Below, in pieces: positions 51,083 to 62,450 of a stretch of DNA of 64,000 nucleotides. The DNA is from Felis catus (taxonomy: Eukaryota). The stretch's first letter is position 1. Each line of letters opens with the position of its first letter. The notes under the pieces were generated by a model, which searched no databases, had not been told where the DNA came from, and saw only the letters and a list, made by a program, of their open reading frames with translations. The DNA lies in assembly GCF_018350175.1 (NCBI RefSeq), contig NC_058368.1:136340001-136404000 (forward strand), in the 5' to 3' direction. The translations under genes were made by a program, and so were the position numbers.

Positions 51083-52724
51083 TGTCAATTTAAAAGTTTA
51101 CTTTGATTCAGAACCATTTTTATAACTTCATTTTGTCCTGAAACATCTTATCAGAGCAGACTAGAGCAGCTTTGAGACTGCAGGCAACTGTTAAGTGGTC
51201 CAGTGCAAGATTCTAAGTAACATCTCTTATTAACCCTTACTTGGACATATTCTAGACAATTGTTGGCCAAAACCATGAAATAGAGCCTCTTGCTTATTTT
51301 AAGCTTATTAAAAAAGGCAACCAATTGGCACATTTTGGCTTGTCTGTTTTATATAAAGGGCCTATACAATGTTCTACATTGATGTTCTACAGTAGGGATG
51401 AACAAACTTTTCCTGTAAAAGGCCAGACAGTAAATATTTTAGGCTTTGTGGAACACGGAGTTCCTGTCATCACCACTAAACTTTGCGGCGGTAGCAAGAA
51501 AACAGCCATAGGTAATATATCAGCTAATGAGTGAGGTGGTGCTCTGGTAGAACCTTATTTATGGACTCTAAAAATTGAATTTCATAAAAACTTCACAGGT
51601 CATAATATTATCATTCTTCTTTTGATTGTTCCTCCCAAGCATTAAAAAATATGAAAGCCGGGGCACCTGGGTGGCTCAGTAGGTTGAGCGTCCGACTTCG
51701 GTTCAGGTCATGACCTCTCGGTCTATGAGTTCGAGCCCCACGTCGGGCTCTGTGCTGACAGCTCAGAGCCTGGAGCCTGTTTCGGATTCTGCGTCTCCCT
51801 CTCTCTCTGCCCCTCCCCCGCTCGGGCTCTGTCTCTCTCTGTCAAAAATAAATAAACGTTAAAAAAATTTAAAAAATATATAAAAGCCATTCTTTGTTCA
51901 AAGACTATACAAAACAGGCAATGGGCTGGATTTGGCCTGCAGGCTTTAGTTTGCCAAACTCTGTGTTACGTTATCACTTGTTTCTTAGAAATTAGAAATT
52001 GCTGCAGCACTATTTTATGTTATCTAACATGCCGTAACTATATTAAGTAACTATGTCTTAAAAACTAACCCTTGTTTTCCAAACAAAAATTAAAAACCAC
52101 TTCAATGCAAGCAGTCAGGTCCATTGTCAATATTTAGAAATTATTATTTTGTTAAAGGCTAGGGTTTTAATAATCCCTCCTTATGATCCATTCTGTGCAT
52201 TTTTCCCCCCTGCGGTTAGGCCCCAAATCTTTCGTATTGTCACTCCTATGGATACTTCAGAGGTCAGCATCAGACCGAGACAGCCATTGGTGGTCACCTG
52301 GGGTAGCCCATCCATATGGTCTGATGCATGTCCTGGATCTGGCAGCCAAATAGCTGGCTTGTTAGCATCAGGATAGTAGTTATGATCTCATGTTCCAACA
52401 TGGGCCCATCCCCAAGGTATCCATAGTCAGAATCATCCTGAAAGTAGCCAGTTATGTCCAGCACCAGTAGCCTCATTTAAAGCCACTGGCTAAGTTCTGA
52501 AGAGAGAGAGAGAGCTAGTCAGTTGAACTGAAAGGTGGTGTATCCTTACCCACTGGGAAAAAAACTAGCTTCTTGCCACTACATCCGTATGTTAGAGTGA
52601 AGGAAGAATCAAAAGAGTGATAGCTCCCTTAATTTCAATAGTCTGTGCAGCTTCCTTGTCCTGAGCAAGTGCAGAGTTTGCCTTGCCCAACCAAATTAAT
52701 GTTACGTTTTTGGTTGTTATGATA
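51083..52724 (-). pseudogene. CTNNB1: Processed CTNNB1 pseudogene, 3' block (about aa 606-781 plus 3' UTR), interrupted by MER58 and a SINE
   Basis: Minus strand gives LAQDKEAAQTIEIKGA, LSVQLTSSL, QDD, PMLEHE, LPDPGHASDHMDGLP and DADL then TGA at 52259-52257. Downstream segments resemble the CTNNB1 3' UTR (aatgcacagaatggatca...aaaccctagcct; gcagcaatttctaatt; gttataaaaatggttctgaat). Confidence 0.87.
51393..51963 (+). mobile_element. MER58-type hAT-Charlie element with a SINEC inserted (about 51660-51880)
   Basis: Begins tagggatgaacaaacttttcctgtaaaaggccagacagtaaatattttaggctttg; ends ggatttggcctgcaggctttagtttgccaaactctg. Confidence 0.75.
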
Positions 52725-53455
52725 GGTTCCAGCTTAGTTTTGCTGTAAAAATCTTTGCAACAGGCGTCTTTGCGGTAACTAATTGGCTATAAGGCAGTTT
52801 TCCCATAGAAGATATAAGAATGAAAAATAAGAGAGACACGTTAAAGAGGACACAATGAAACATGAAAAAAAGTTAAAAATCTTAATTATTGACTTCTTTC
52901 ATTAAGAGAGGTATCAATTTTTCAAACACTGGCATGCATATTTGTAACTGAGCTCTGTATTGTGTGTCAAAGCCTTCCATACTTGTTCCTTTTTGGTTTA
53001 TTGTTACTTGTCTGTTGTTAGAGATTCCAAAGTTCTATGGGAAAGTGTTAAGTGTTGTAATTCATTTGTAACTGAACTTGTTACCACTGCAGCTGGTAGG
53101 TTACTTTCTAGATAGTATGTGATCTGGTTTGTACTCTCTTATTCCACACTTCCAGTGTGTCTTATCATCATATTTTCTACCAAGTCCATATATATGTAGT
53201 TGTTATCACTATTTTAAGGCTATCACATCTACTTGTCATGGTATAGACAATTATGAAGGCTGGCTATGGTTTATATAATATAAAAATTGGAACTCTGTCA
53301 ATGGGGAAATGAAACCAAACTGTGAACCACTTATCTTTTACGGCAAAATTACCTTATGGCCAATTAGTTTTGCAGTGAAAATATTTGTGGCAAAAATGCT
53401 TACAGCAAAGATAGTAGTTATGGTTATGGATGGTAATGGTGAAAATACCAGACGC
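52725..53455 (-). mobile_element. Internally deleted MULE/Mutator-superfamily DNA transposon
   Basis: Long imperfect terminal inverted repeats (about 52734-52818 versus 53330-53413). Minus-strand remnant FPIELWNL*QQTSNNKPKRN/SMEGF/TIQSSVTNMHASV*KLIPLLMKE (53044-52891) resembles the MULE transposase C-terminal motif. A FLYWCH-like KTHWKC lies upstream of it. Confidence 0.72.
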
Positions 53456-53459
53456 AGTT

Positions 53460-54390
53460 GGAAGAGACTTCTAGATTTTTTTTCATATGGCAACCAACAA
53501 TGCAAGCAGATGATTCTGGTTATTGTGGACCCCAGGCTCTAATACATATACCAAGGATCTACATTTCCAAGGAACTCTGCAAACCACAGCCAGGATACCA
53601 AAGAAGCTATCTCTCTTTTATTAATAAGCTAGTATGAAGACAGGTGGAATGTAAGCTGTAGGATTCTACCTGAGGAATTCCAAGCCACAGTCTTCTTCAG
53701 AAGTATCTGAACTGAAACAAAACAAAAAAGAACTCTCTGAACTTTGAGCCACCTTTCACATGGTGCAACTAAACAGGAAGGAATGGAATATCTTCATGGG
53801 ATGAGTGTTAACTTTCTGGGTTTGTATGTGTTCAATCTGTGCAGCTGGAATCCTTTCTAGCTTCACTTGCAAGAATTCAAAAACAATATGATTGTATGCC
53901 AAGTAGATGTAGATGAGCCAGGAAGCTTTTGTGTATTCTTCTCTTCATGCTGGTGAGTGGGAGGACATCCTTGAGTCCAATCTGTAAGCTTTATCGTATG
54001 ACCAGCTAACATCAAGAGGCAGAGATGGCCCAGAATGTTCTTTATGTTAATGGTGGACTTTCACTTATGCTTAAACTTCCACATCTACCATCTCATTGAT
54101 CTTGGATAAAAGCTACTGTTGAGCTTGTATGAAAACTTGCCTTTTGTCCAAATCATGAGGCTTTTTGTGGGTAGGATACCAGCCCACAATTTGTTCCCTT
54201 ACTGGTTTGTGCTTGTTATACTTCCATGATTGGAACACAGCAGGAGCTGTGGAGGGCATGCATTTGGAAAAAATAGTTACAGGTAAGGAACCCTTCCCAT
54301 CCTGGCTACAAATGTCCACTTTTGAGTCATAATGTGAGACGAAATACCATCCCATTGAGTGTGCAGCTGATTGCTTATGCATCCTTCTGA
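53460..54390 (+). pseudogene. CTNNB1: Processed CTNNB1 pseudogene, inverted middle block (about aa 298-605, armadillo repeats)
   Basis: Plus strand matches CTNNB1 mRNA: tatggcaaccaa (YGNQ), gcaactaaacaggaaggaatggaa (ATKQEGME), tgtgcagctggaatcctttct (CAAGILS), catcaagaggcagagatggcccagaat (HQEAEMAQN), ataaaagctactgtt (IKATV), aataccatcccattgagtgtgcagctg (NTIPLSVQL). Confidence 0.88.
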
Positions 54391-54434
54391 CACTTTAATT
54401 GGTGTTAATTAGTATTTTGACTAGTATTTACTTA

Positions 54435-54915
54435 GTATTTTGATAGTTTAATTAGTGTTACAATGACATGTTTCATTACCTGTAAGAGTGCAGCCAAGCA
54501 CTGGACATTGATTAGATGAGCTGCATCAGGCTGTGTGCATGAGGTCTGTATACTCTCATCTAGTGTCTCTAGAAGGTTAGCTGCTGTATTCACTTCACTT
54601 GGATCATTGCATGTTGTCCATGACTCAGCTACTTCTTGAGTGAAACACGGAGAAAACCCTTGTTTCCTCCTCTTCGGGACTTAGGTGGTGTCCACATCTA
54701 TTCGCCCAGGATTACCTTTATCACTCAGAGAAGGAGCTGCGGTTGCAGTGCTGGAATGGATCCCGGAGTGGAGGTAAGTTTGTTGCTGCCAGCAGCATCA
54801 TTCCTGATGACCTCCATGGCCATGCCCAACTCAATCAAATCAGCTTTGAGTAGCCTTTGTCCACAGAGGGTTTTAAAAAAATCCGTGGTGTAGCCCCTCT
54901 CAGTTACGCTCAAGG
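54435..54915 (-). pseudogene. CTNNB1: Processed CTNNB1 pseudogene, 5' block (5' UTR plus about aa 1-144)
   Basis: Minus strand gives [39 protein letters not shown]...DVDT, GFSPCFTQE and LETLDESIQTSCTQPDAAHLINVQCLA, matching the beta-catenin N-terminus without introns. Start ATG is mutated to AAG at 54857-54855. Confidence 0.9.
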
Positions 54916-55644
54916 GGGCAGGCTCTGCCTATCATGGGAGTCTGAGTTGTCTTTCACCTGTTGTGGCTGGGCTTCTTAGACCTTTCTCCATGTCAACCGC
55001 CCCTTCCTCATCATTCCCAAAGCCAGTCTGAGAGAGGTTTAAAACCATATTAAACTTTTGAATGTGTATATCTTTTGCCCAGAAATATTACTTTTTAGAA
55101 TTTATTGTAGCAAAATACTCGTCAATACATATCTATTCTATTCCATTGTTTATAATAATAAAAAAATTAGAAGTAACCTAAATAGCCTTCAGTAGGGGAA
55201 TGCTTGTGAAAAACAATGTGAACATACAGTGCTGTTATACAACAGGTGCAGAGTATGAGGTAGGTCTACAGGTCTATAAAGTTGCATGAACAGTATCTGA
55301 AACCTACCGTTGAGTGAACAAAAGGAAAGTCACAGATCGGTTGATGTCATTTCTATAGGGTAATAATTAACGACAACAAAAAGGAAACTATGTATTTTCA
55401 TAAGTATGACTATGAGTATCTGTGCATGGAAACATGGCTAGAAGGATTCAGGCCGAACTGGTAATGGTGGTTTCCTCTGCCGAGAGACTGGGATGGGGGT
55501 TCTGGGAAAGAGGCGTCTACATGTAACATTTAATATATTTACTGTGTGCATGTATTTGTGCTCACTTGTGTAATTAAAAGTAAATAATAATTTTTCAAAG
55601 AAAAAGAAGTAAAATTAAAGAGATGGATTTTAAAAATTCAACAT

Positions 55645-55850
55645 TGGGGCGCCCGGGTGGCGCAGTCGGTTGGGCGTACGACTTCAGCCAGGTCACGATC
55701 TCGCGGTCCGTGAGTTCGAGCCCCGCGTCGGGCTCTGGGCTGACGGCTCAGAGCCTGGAGCCTGTTTCCGATTCTGTGTCTCCCTCTCTCTCTGCCCCTC
55801 GCCTGTTCATGCTCTGTCTCTCTCTGTCCCAAAAATAAATAAATGTTAAA
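55645..55850 (+). mobile_element. Young SINEC_Fc-type SINE
   Basis: CpG-intact; TSD ttaaaaattcaacatt. Confidence 0.9.
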
Positions 55851-56089
55851 AATTCAACATTAAGAAATTAGCAGTACTGTGGTCTGTACTCTGGATTCCG
55901 CACGTGCAGATAGCTTCATGTAGATGACCTGGGTGCCCGAGAACCCTGCCACTGACACTATGCAGGGCTGTTCAGGAGCCATGTTCTTGCCCTGGGCACA
56001 GGGCTGCAAGTTCTGGGCTGGAGATTTAGTGAGGAAATGATAATGATCAACTCTGTTTAGCATGAGGGATATGATAGTTGGGAGGGAGA

Positions 56090-56619
56090 TGTAGGGAAGG
56101 AAAAAATTTTCTCTACCCATCCTAAGTTCATTGACTGGGGTTCTGCAAATGAGACCAACAAAAGATAGATTAAAGGAGAAAAATAGAAGTTTATTAATGT
56201 GTCCATCTGAGCATACACATGGGAGGACTCCATGATGAATACCTCAAAAGGATGGTAAGAACTTGGGCTAATACGGATTCTTAGCAAAAGAGCGATGAAT
56301 GTGTAGAGAAGTGACAAGCTCAAAAGGACTTTGAGCTTCTAGAGAAGGCAAATTGTGGGAAGGTAAATATATAGGGGAAAATAATGGAAGATAAGGTTGT
56401 TTTTAGCAAGGTTTATTATGTAGATCCCTTTGATGCCATCTCTGGATTGATGAGTCTAGAGTTGTCTCTGGTGATTAAGTATCGTCCTGCCCTTTCTGGT
56501 AGATATGGGGTGTGCAGAGAGTTGTTATTGTGTTTGTTTCTTCTCCACTGCCTTCAAGCTCAAAATAATCCTTATACCAGAGTGGCATATTTTGGACTGG
56601 CATTCTCTGAACCCCTTCA
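56090..56619 (-). mobile_element. ERV1-type solo LTR
   Basis: tgtagggaagg...ctgaaccccttca; related to 31349-32064. Confidence 0.65.
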
Positions 56620-57262
56620 GAGATATTCTAAGGAAAGGGACTATAGCTAAAATCTTATGTGTGTAAGAAGGGAGTAAAGTTATCACGCTCAGATGTGAAG
56701 ATTGTACCACAGCCAGGAAGCAGGAAATCTTCCCCTCATATCTTTCCCAACAAGTCCCTCCCACCCCAAGCCCAAGAGCCTTAAGATTCACCACTTCCAG
56801 AATTACAGATCTTGGCAGGCCTTGATTATGTTTATTTCACCAATTCTTGCTCATTAAAGTCTGACTCACATAGGAAGAGCACGAAAACAGGCCCAGTCTT
56901 TGGGTTCATAGAAGTTTTTAACCTCACCATAAATCTGCTGTGAAGAGAGTCATCACTTTGAACAGTGGCCTTGAAACACTGGTGTGGTTTGAGTCGTCTT
57001 ATTCTCTTAAAGTCCTGTAGCTAGCACTGAAGAGACCGGTCCTTCTCTGCCCTCTTGCAACAGAAAGAGGACATTGCATGTTGTCTGGGGGCTTATCTTT
57101 TCTAGGCAACAACTGTTCCGAGGAGAGATCTACTGAAGCCAAGGGGCTTTGGTGGGTTTTAACATCTCCTATAGATGTTTCAGCTGGTGATTTTTGTTAT
57201 TTGAAACTTCTTTGCTTTTCTAGTTCTGGTATGCTAACTCTTTTGTATGTAATGCCTGATTA

Positions 57263-57602
57263 CTGCAGTAGACTGAATGCGTCCCCTCAAAATTCATATG
57301 TTGAAATCATAATGCCATGTGATGGTATTAGGAAGTGGGGCCTCTGGGAGGTAAGTAGGGTGTGAGGGTAGAGCCCCTATGAACAGGAACAGGGCCCTTA
57401 GAAAGGAGGTCGCAGGAGCTCTCTTGCCCCTTCTGCCTCGTGAGGATGTAACTAGAAGGCATCAGCCTGCCACCTGGAAGAAGGCTGGCCCCCTGATCTC
57501 AGACTTGCTTCTGAAACTGGGAGAACCCAGTTCTGAATTTCTGTTGGGCGTAAGCCACCCAGTCTGTGGTAGTTTGTTGGACCAGACTGAACTGACTAAA
57601 AC
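57263..57602 (+). mobile_element. MLT1-type MaLR LTR
   Basis: gactgaatgcgtcccctcaaaattcatatgttgaa...taagccacccagtctgtggtagtttgtt...gactaa. Confidence 0.82.
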
Positions 57603-57650
57603 GGTCACTTCATTAAGGACTCTTGAATAAGTATCATGCCCATGACACCT

Positions 57651-57701
<51 letters not shown>

Positions 57702-57862
57702 CCCTCTCTCCCCCCCCCCCCTCGCATCTGCTTCATTCCTGACTGTGTACTTGGGATGTTGTTTCAGGACCATCCAAGTGCGTGTGGGTTGTAGGATGTG
57801 TTTTGGTGATGCTGATCACCTGGCTTGGCTTAGCATAGGCAGAAGTGTTACCTTCCTTAAAC

Positions 57863-59385
57863 TTTTTTTTTTTTAGTTTATTTATTTATTTTGAGAGACA
57901 AAGAGAGAGAGCATGAGTTGGGGAGGCACAGAGAGAGAGGGAGAGAATCCCAAGCAGGTTCCACACTGTCAGCATGGAGCCCGAGGTGGGGCTTGATATC
58001 ATGAACCATGAGATCATGACCTGAGCCAAAATCAAGAGTTGGACACTCAATTAGCTGAGCCACCCAGTCGCCCCGGCTTCTTCAGTCTTGGTAGTGGCTG
58101 CAACTGATGAACGAGTATAATAGTGTACATGGCTGAAGAGGGAATGGAAGGACCTGGCAACCACCAGTTCAAAGGACAGTTTGTGCGTAGCAGTGGGATG
58201 TCCATTATTTTTTGGTCAGTGGAATCTTTCTATGCCTAACAGTAGAGTAAGGCAGAGCCTTCCACTTTCTGTTAGAGACTGTGGGTCTGCTGAAACCCAC
58301 AGTTGATTTTATTACTCAGTTGATCTCTACTGATGATGCAGCTGTACTTCCATGAATGTTTTTTTCTTATGATTACAGTATTATTACCAATATAGTACTT
58401 TTCTTGTTGCTGGTTGTTTTATAGGACATTGGGAAGTGGGGTATCAAGCAGTGCTGGTCTGACATCATGATACCTTGTATATCATCATGGGCTTTTTTAC
58501 CACAGCAATTGAAGTATTTACAGTCTAAATCCCAAATGGCATTTGGAGACGCCCATATTTAGTGCCCCAGCTTTCCTCCCTAAAGTGAAGTCAAGTAGTC
58601 GTCAAGGTCCACTGACACACACACTGTCAATTGTGCTATTGGTGGGAGAGACCTAATAGGGGAGCAGACCTACACTTAAAATAGTAGGCAAAATTTTTGG
58701 TGGTTACCTAGTCTATCCTTAAATATAAATGCACAATCAAAAATCATATGAATTTTGGGTATAATTGACCATTGGAAGAAAAACACATGGTTGGGGCACC
58801 TGAGTGGCTCAGTCGGTTAAGTGTACGACTTTGCCTCAGATGATGAACTTATGGTTTGTGAGTCTGAGCCCCGCGTCAGGCTTTGTGCTGACAGCTCAGA
58901 GCCCGGAACCTGCTTCAGATTCGGTGTCTCCCTCTCTCCCTGTTCCTCCCCTGCTCGCACTCTCTGTCTCTCTCTCAAAAAAAATAAACGTTAAAAAAAT
59001 TTTTTTTAAAGCAAACTGCATGGTTGACAAAAGGTAGGAAGTGGAATGGTAGAGGGACAGAGGAGAAGGGGAAGGGTAGGGCAGCTGATATCTTCACTTT
59101 ACCTGGTAACGTGTCAAGAGATATATCCTCAGTATATGAAACAAGGACTAGAGGTTTAACTTTATTATTTAAAGGCCTAGGGGCACCTGGGTGGCTCAGT
59201 CGGTTAAGCGTCCGACTTTGGCTTGGGTCATGATCTCACAGTTGGTGAGTTGGAGCCCTGCATCCGGCTCTGTGCTGACAGCACAGAGCCTGGAGCCTGC
59301 TTCGGATTCTGTGTCTCCCTCTCTGCCCCTTACCCGCTCACACTCTGTCTCTCTCTCAAAAATAAACATTAAAACTTAAAAAAAC
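57863..59385. mobile_element. Three SINECs (57863-, 58793+, 59179+)
   Basis: Typical SINEC heads, CT/GA tracts and tails. Confidence 0.85.
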
Positions 59386-60129
59386 ACAGAAGGGAAGGAG
59401 TGCTAGTTTCTGGCTGAGTTTGCTGTGCCAGAGCCACATAGTGAGAGGTAAAAAAGACTTAGGAATTGTTTAAAGGCAAAAACTGTTATGTCACTGAGAT
59501 GTCACTTCCTCATTGGTAGATGAAGGTGCTTAGGTCTTCCGTTACTTTTAATACCCACTGTAGCTGTTTGTAGAGTTGTGGCATAATGCCAGCTGGGTGT
59601 TCAGATGCACATTTTTCCATTTCCCAAAGAAAATTTTTTGGGGCTTCATGAAAATCTGGATCATTTTTTGGAAAAGATATTTGAGTAAGCAATGAAGCAA
59701 AGAAAGGCATAAAAACATCCTTTGCCCGGAGAACCAAGGAAAGGGGAGGCCTTCTGAAAGGCCAAGTAGTTGCTTGTTTTGTTTAAGAGGCTGACACTAT
59801 CTAATGGATTGAAATGAACTTGCAATTGGACATTTAGTTAATTTCCCTCTGCTAACCAGTAATGGGAGATTATGGTAGGAAGACCAGATTCATCATAGAC
59901 AAAAATAAATCAGATTTTTTCCCCATTAAATCCAAGTTGCACTATGAATTAACCGCTACTCCGTTATATTATAAATTTCCACGGACACACACAGCCACGT
60001 CAGTTTTGCTGGTCAGTAGTGGAAGAAAAAAGTTGTGAGCAGGTGTTTTGGTTTCAACCTTCTGTGGTATAGCATCCTACAGGCTGTGTTGGCTGATTGT
60101 AGAGATGTTTTATAAAAGTTTTTTTTAAC

Positions 60130-60420
60130 ACTGCCATGTCTGAAAGTGCAAAGGCAAAGAGGGTTAAGCTTTCTGGTGAGAAGAGGCATAGGAATATGAT
60201 GGAAATGAAAATCAAGATAATTTCACAAATTCAAAATGGTGAGCAAAAGACAAGCTGTACATATAATTAGGAGATGATTGTTGAATAATAGAATGTTTTC
60301 GACGGATGAGGAACACATCATACAGAATATTTAAAGCATTATGCCTGTGCAATGGACAATAATGAACAGGAAGTAAAGAAAAAGTATAAAGGGAGTAAGG
60401 AATTTAGGGGGAGGGGGAAT
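60130..60420 (+). mobile_element. Probable old Tigger/pogo DNA transposon remnant
   Basis: gagaagaggcataggaatatgatggaaatgaaaatcaagataatttcacaaattcaaaatggtgagcaaaag reads EKRHRNMMEMKIKIISQIQNGEQK, like the psq-HTH start of Tigger transposases. Confidence 0.45.
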
Positions 60421-61634
60421 GAAATCTGCCTGTACAGATTTTCAATGTAGATATATAATGTACAACTCAATTTTAGACACAGATGCCTGATGGGATGTAG
60501 GTAAAGCACGGAGAGTATATCCAATTTTAAAGTTTCATAGGACCACCTCATACGCTAGTGGTCATCCATCTAGGGGCTGCAGGCTTGTATCCTTCTTGGT
60601 TACTTTTTGATTGCTGGAAGACTTATAAAGAGCCTCTGGAACTAACCTGTGTCTAAATAGAGCTGCTTCTGGGACGGTGGAGTAGAGGCAGGAAGAGCCT
60701 TGAAAGCCAGCTATTAGACCATCCCTAATATCTGCAGGATCCAAAGGAACAGAAATGCAAGTCTATGTACCATATGTCTGAATCAAAATTGTAAATAAAG
60801 ATAAAGTAAATTCTATTATTTACCTTGACAAATATACCTTGAAAATAATCTGGAATTCCAGGTTCAAATATAGAGTTTTTAGACTCCTTGGATCCCATGC
60901 TGAAATATTGGTGATTTGGAGAAAGTTTGCCCAAAGTCCATTAGCCTCCAGCTTGTCCCCTTTCTCTTCCTACCACTGTCTCCTGCATTTCAAGCAGCCT
61001 TGAACACATGAGGCTCCCAGCCAGGAGGTCCAGAGCCTCTGCAAATAGCTGCCCTTGGCCATTCGTTGGGCCTGGAAGGGCACACACTTGTAGCATGGTC
61101 TGCCATCAGGAGCGTGGGCCTGTGGATGAGGCCTGTAGGACAGGCTTAGGCTGTTCAGGTAGGTAATTCTAGGATTCTGAACATCTAATCCTTGTCTAGA
61201 AAGGGTCTAGGAGGGCACATGCCCTTGGTCTCACAGATTCCCTTCCTGGCGGGGAAGAATATAATCAAAAGAGGGCCAGTGTGGGGTTTTCTAAAACACA
61301 GGGCCCAGATACTAGGTGGTACTTCCGGGAACTATGATTTTATATCTCATTGAAAGTTATTAGAGAACTGGGAAGTGGCAGTAGAAAAATATACTACCTC
61401 ACTAGCAGACTGTTGCTCAAAATGACTGGGAAATCAGCTTTGAACTGGGCATATTGGTCTATCCTTCAGTTACAGATGTAGGTAAGTTATTTGATTGATA
61501 CCTAAGTAGACAGAGTGGGGTCAAGAGCAAATGGTTGCTTGTTAGCTACCAATGAATCTGGAAAGATACTGCCTCATTTGAGAATGAATGAACATAAAAC
61601 AAAACAAAACATGGGTCCATTAAAAATTACTGCC

Positions 61635-61830
61635 GGCGTGCCTGGGTGGCTCAGTCGGTTAAGCATCCGATTTTGGCTCAGGTCATGACCTCACACTTGG
61701 TGAGTTCGAGCCCTGCATCGGGCTCTGTGCTTACAGCTCAGAGCCTGGAGCCTGCTTCACATTCTGTGTCTCCCTTTTTGCCCCTCCCCACCTCTCAAAA
61801 ATAAGTAATCATTAAACAAATAAATAAAAA
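61635..61830 (+). mobile_element. SINEC
   Basis: cctgggtggctcagtcggttaagc head; TSD taaaaatta. Confidence 0.85.
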
Positions 61831-62361
61831 TTATGGTAGAACAAAGGGATAGGGGACAGTCCCCTAGAATCTCATAGAAGTTTTGTATCTCTGAAGAGCC
61901 TAAAGGGTCCATAAGAAAATTATAGGACATTGTGGAGAACAGATCTGAGAAGTGCTTCTAGGATGCAGAAAAAAGCACAAGCAAAAGGAAACAGAAAATG
62001 GAAGTGAGAGCAAAGGTCTACCATGCGACTACTTTGGGTTCCTAGGGAGGATAGCATAACTAAGGATCAAAAGTAATAGTAAAGGATGGAATAAAATGTA
62101 AGTACATGGGCTGAAGGGGGCTCCCTGTATTTCAGATAAGAACAGAAGAGATCTGTATGTAGAAGTATCCAAAGAGAAAATTTTGAATTACACAAGTTTA
62201 AAACATCCTAAAAACGTCCTCTTGGAAAAGGCAACTTAACTACAAATTGGAGAGACGCAGTGAGCATTTTTTGGCTAAAAGCACTCTGATACCCTTTGGA
62301 GGAATTGTCTTCTCTCCACAAGAGTCAGCACAGCAAAATGTCAGTCAAGAACCAGTATCCT

Positions 62362-62450
62362 ATTGAAGAGGGCACCTTTTGGGATGAGCACTGGGTGTTG
62401 TATGGAAACCAATTTGACAATAAATTTCATAAAAAAAAAAAAAAAAAAAA
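62362..62450 (+). mobile_element. Very short, young felid L1 3' end
   Basis: About 70 nt of L1 terminus, pure A tail, perfect 15-bp TSD aagaaccagtatcct at 62347 and 62451. Confidence 0.92.

Noticed and set aside
31349..56619. Two related same-orientation LTRs as ends of one provirus
   Set aside because: About 24 kb apart, clearly diverged, and no gag/pol/env seen between them.
13209..59379. Recurrent short ORFs such as MAQSVKRPT...SLSQK and ...GAEREGDTES...
   Set aside because: Translations of SINEC copies, not a gene family.
61323..61331. Perfect STAT/GAS motif TTCCGGGAA
   Set aside because: Isolated 9-mer far from the gene with no supporting context.
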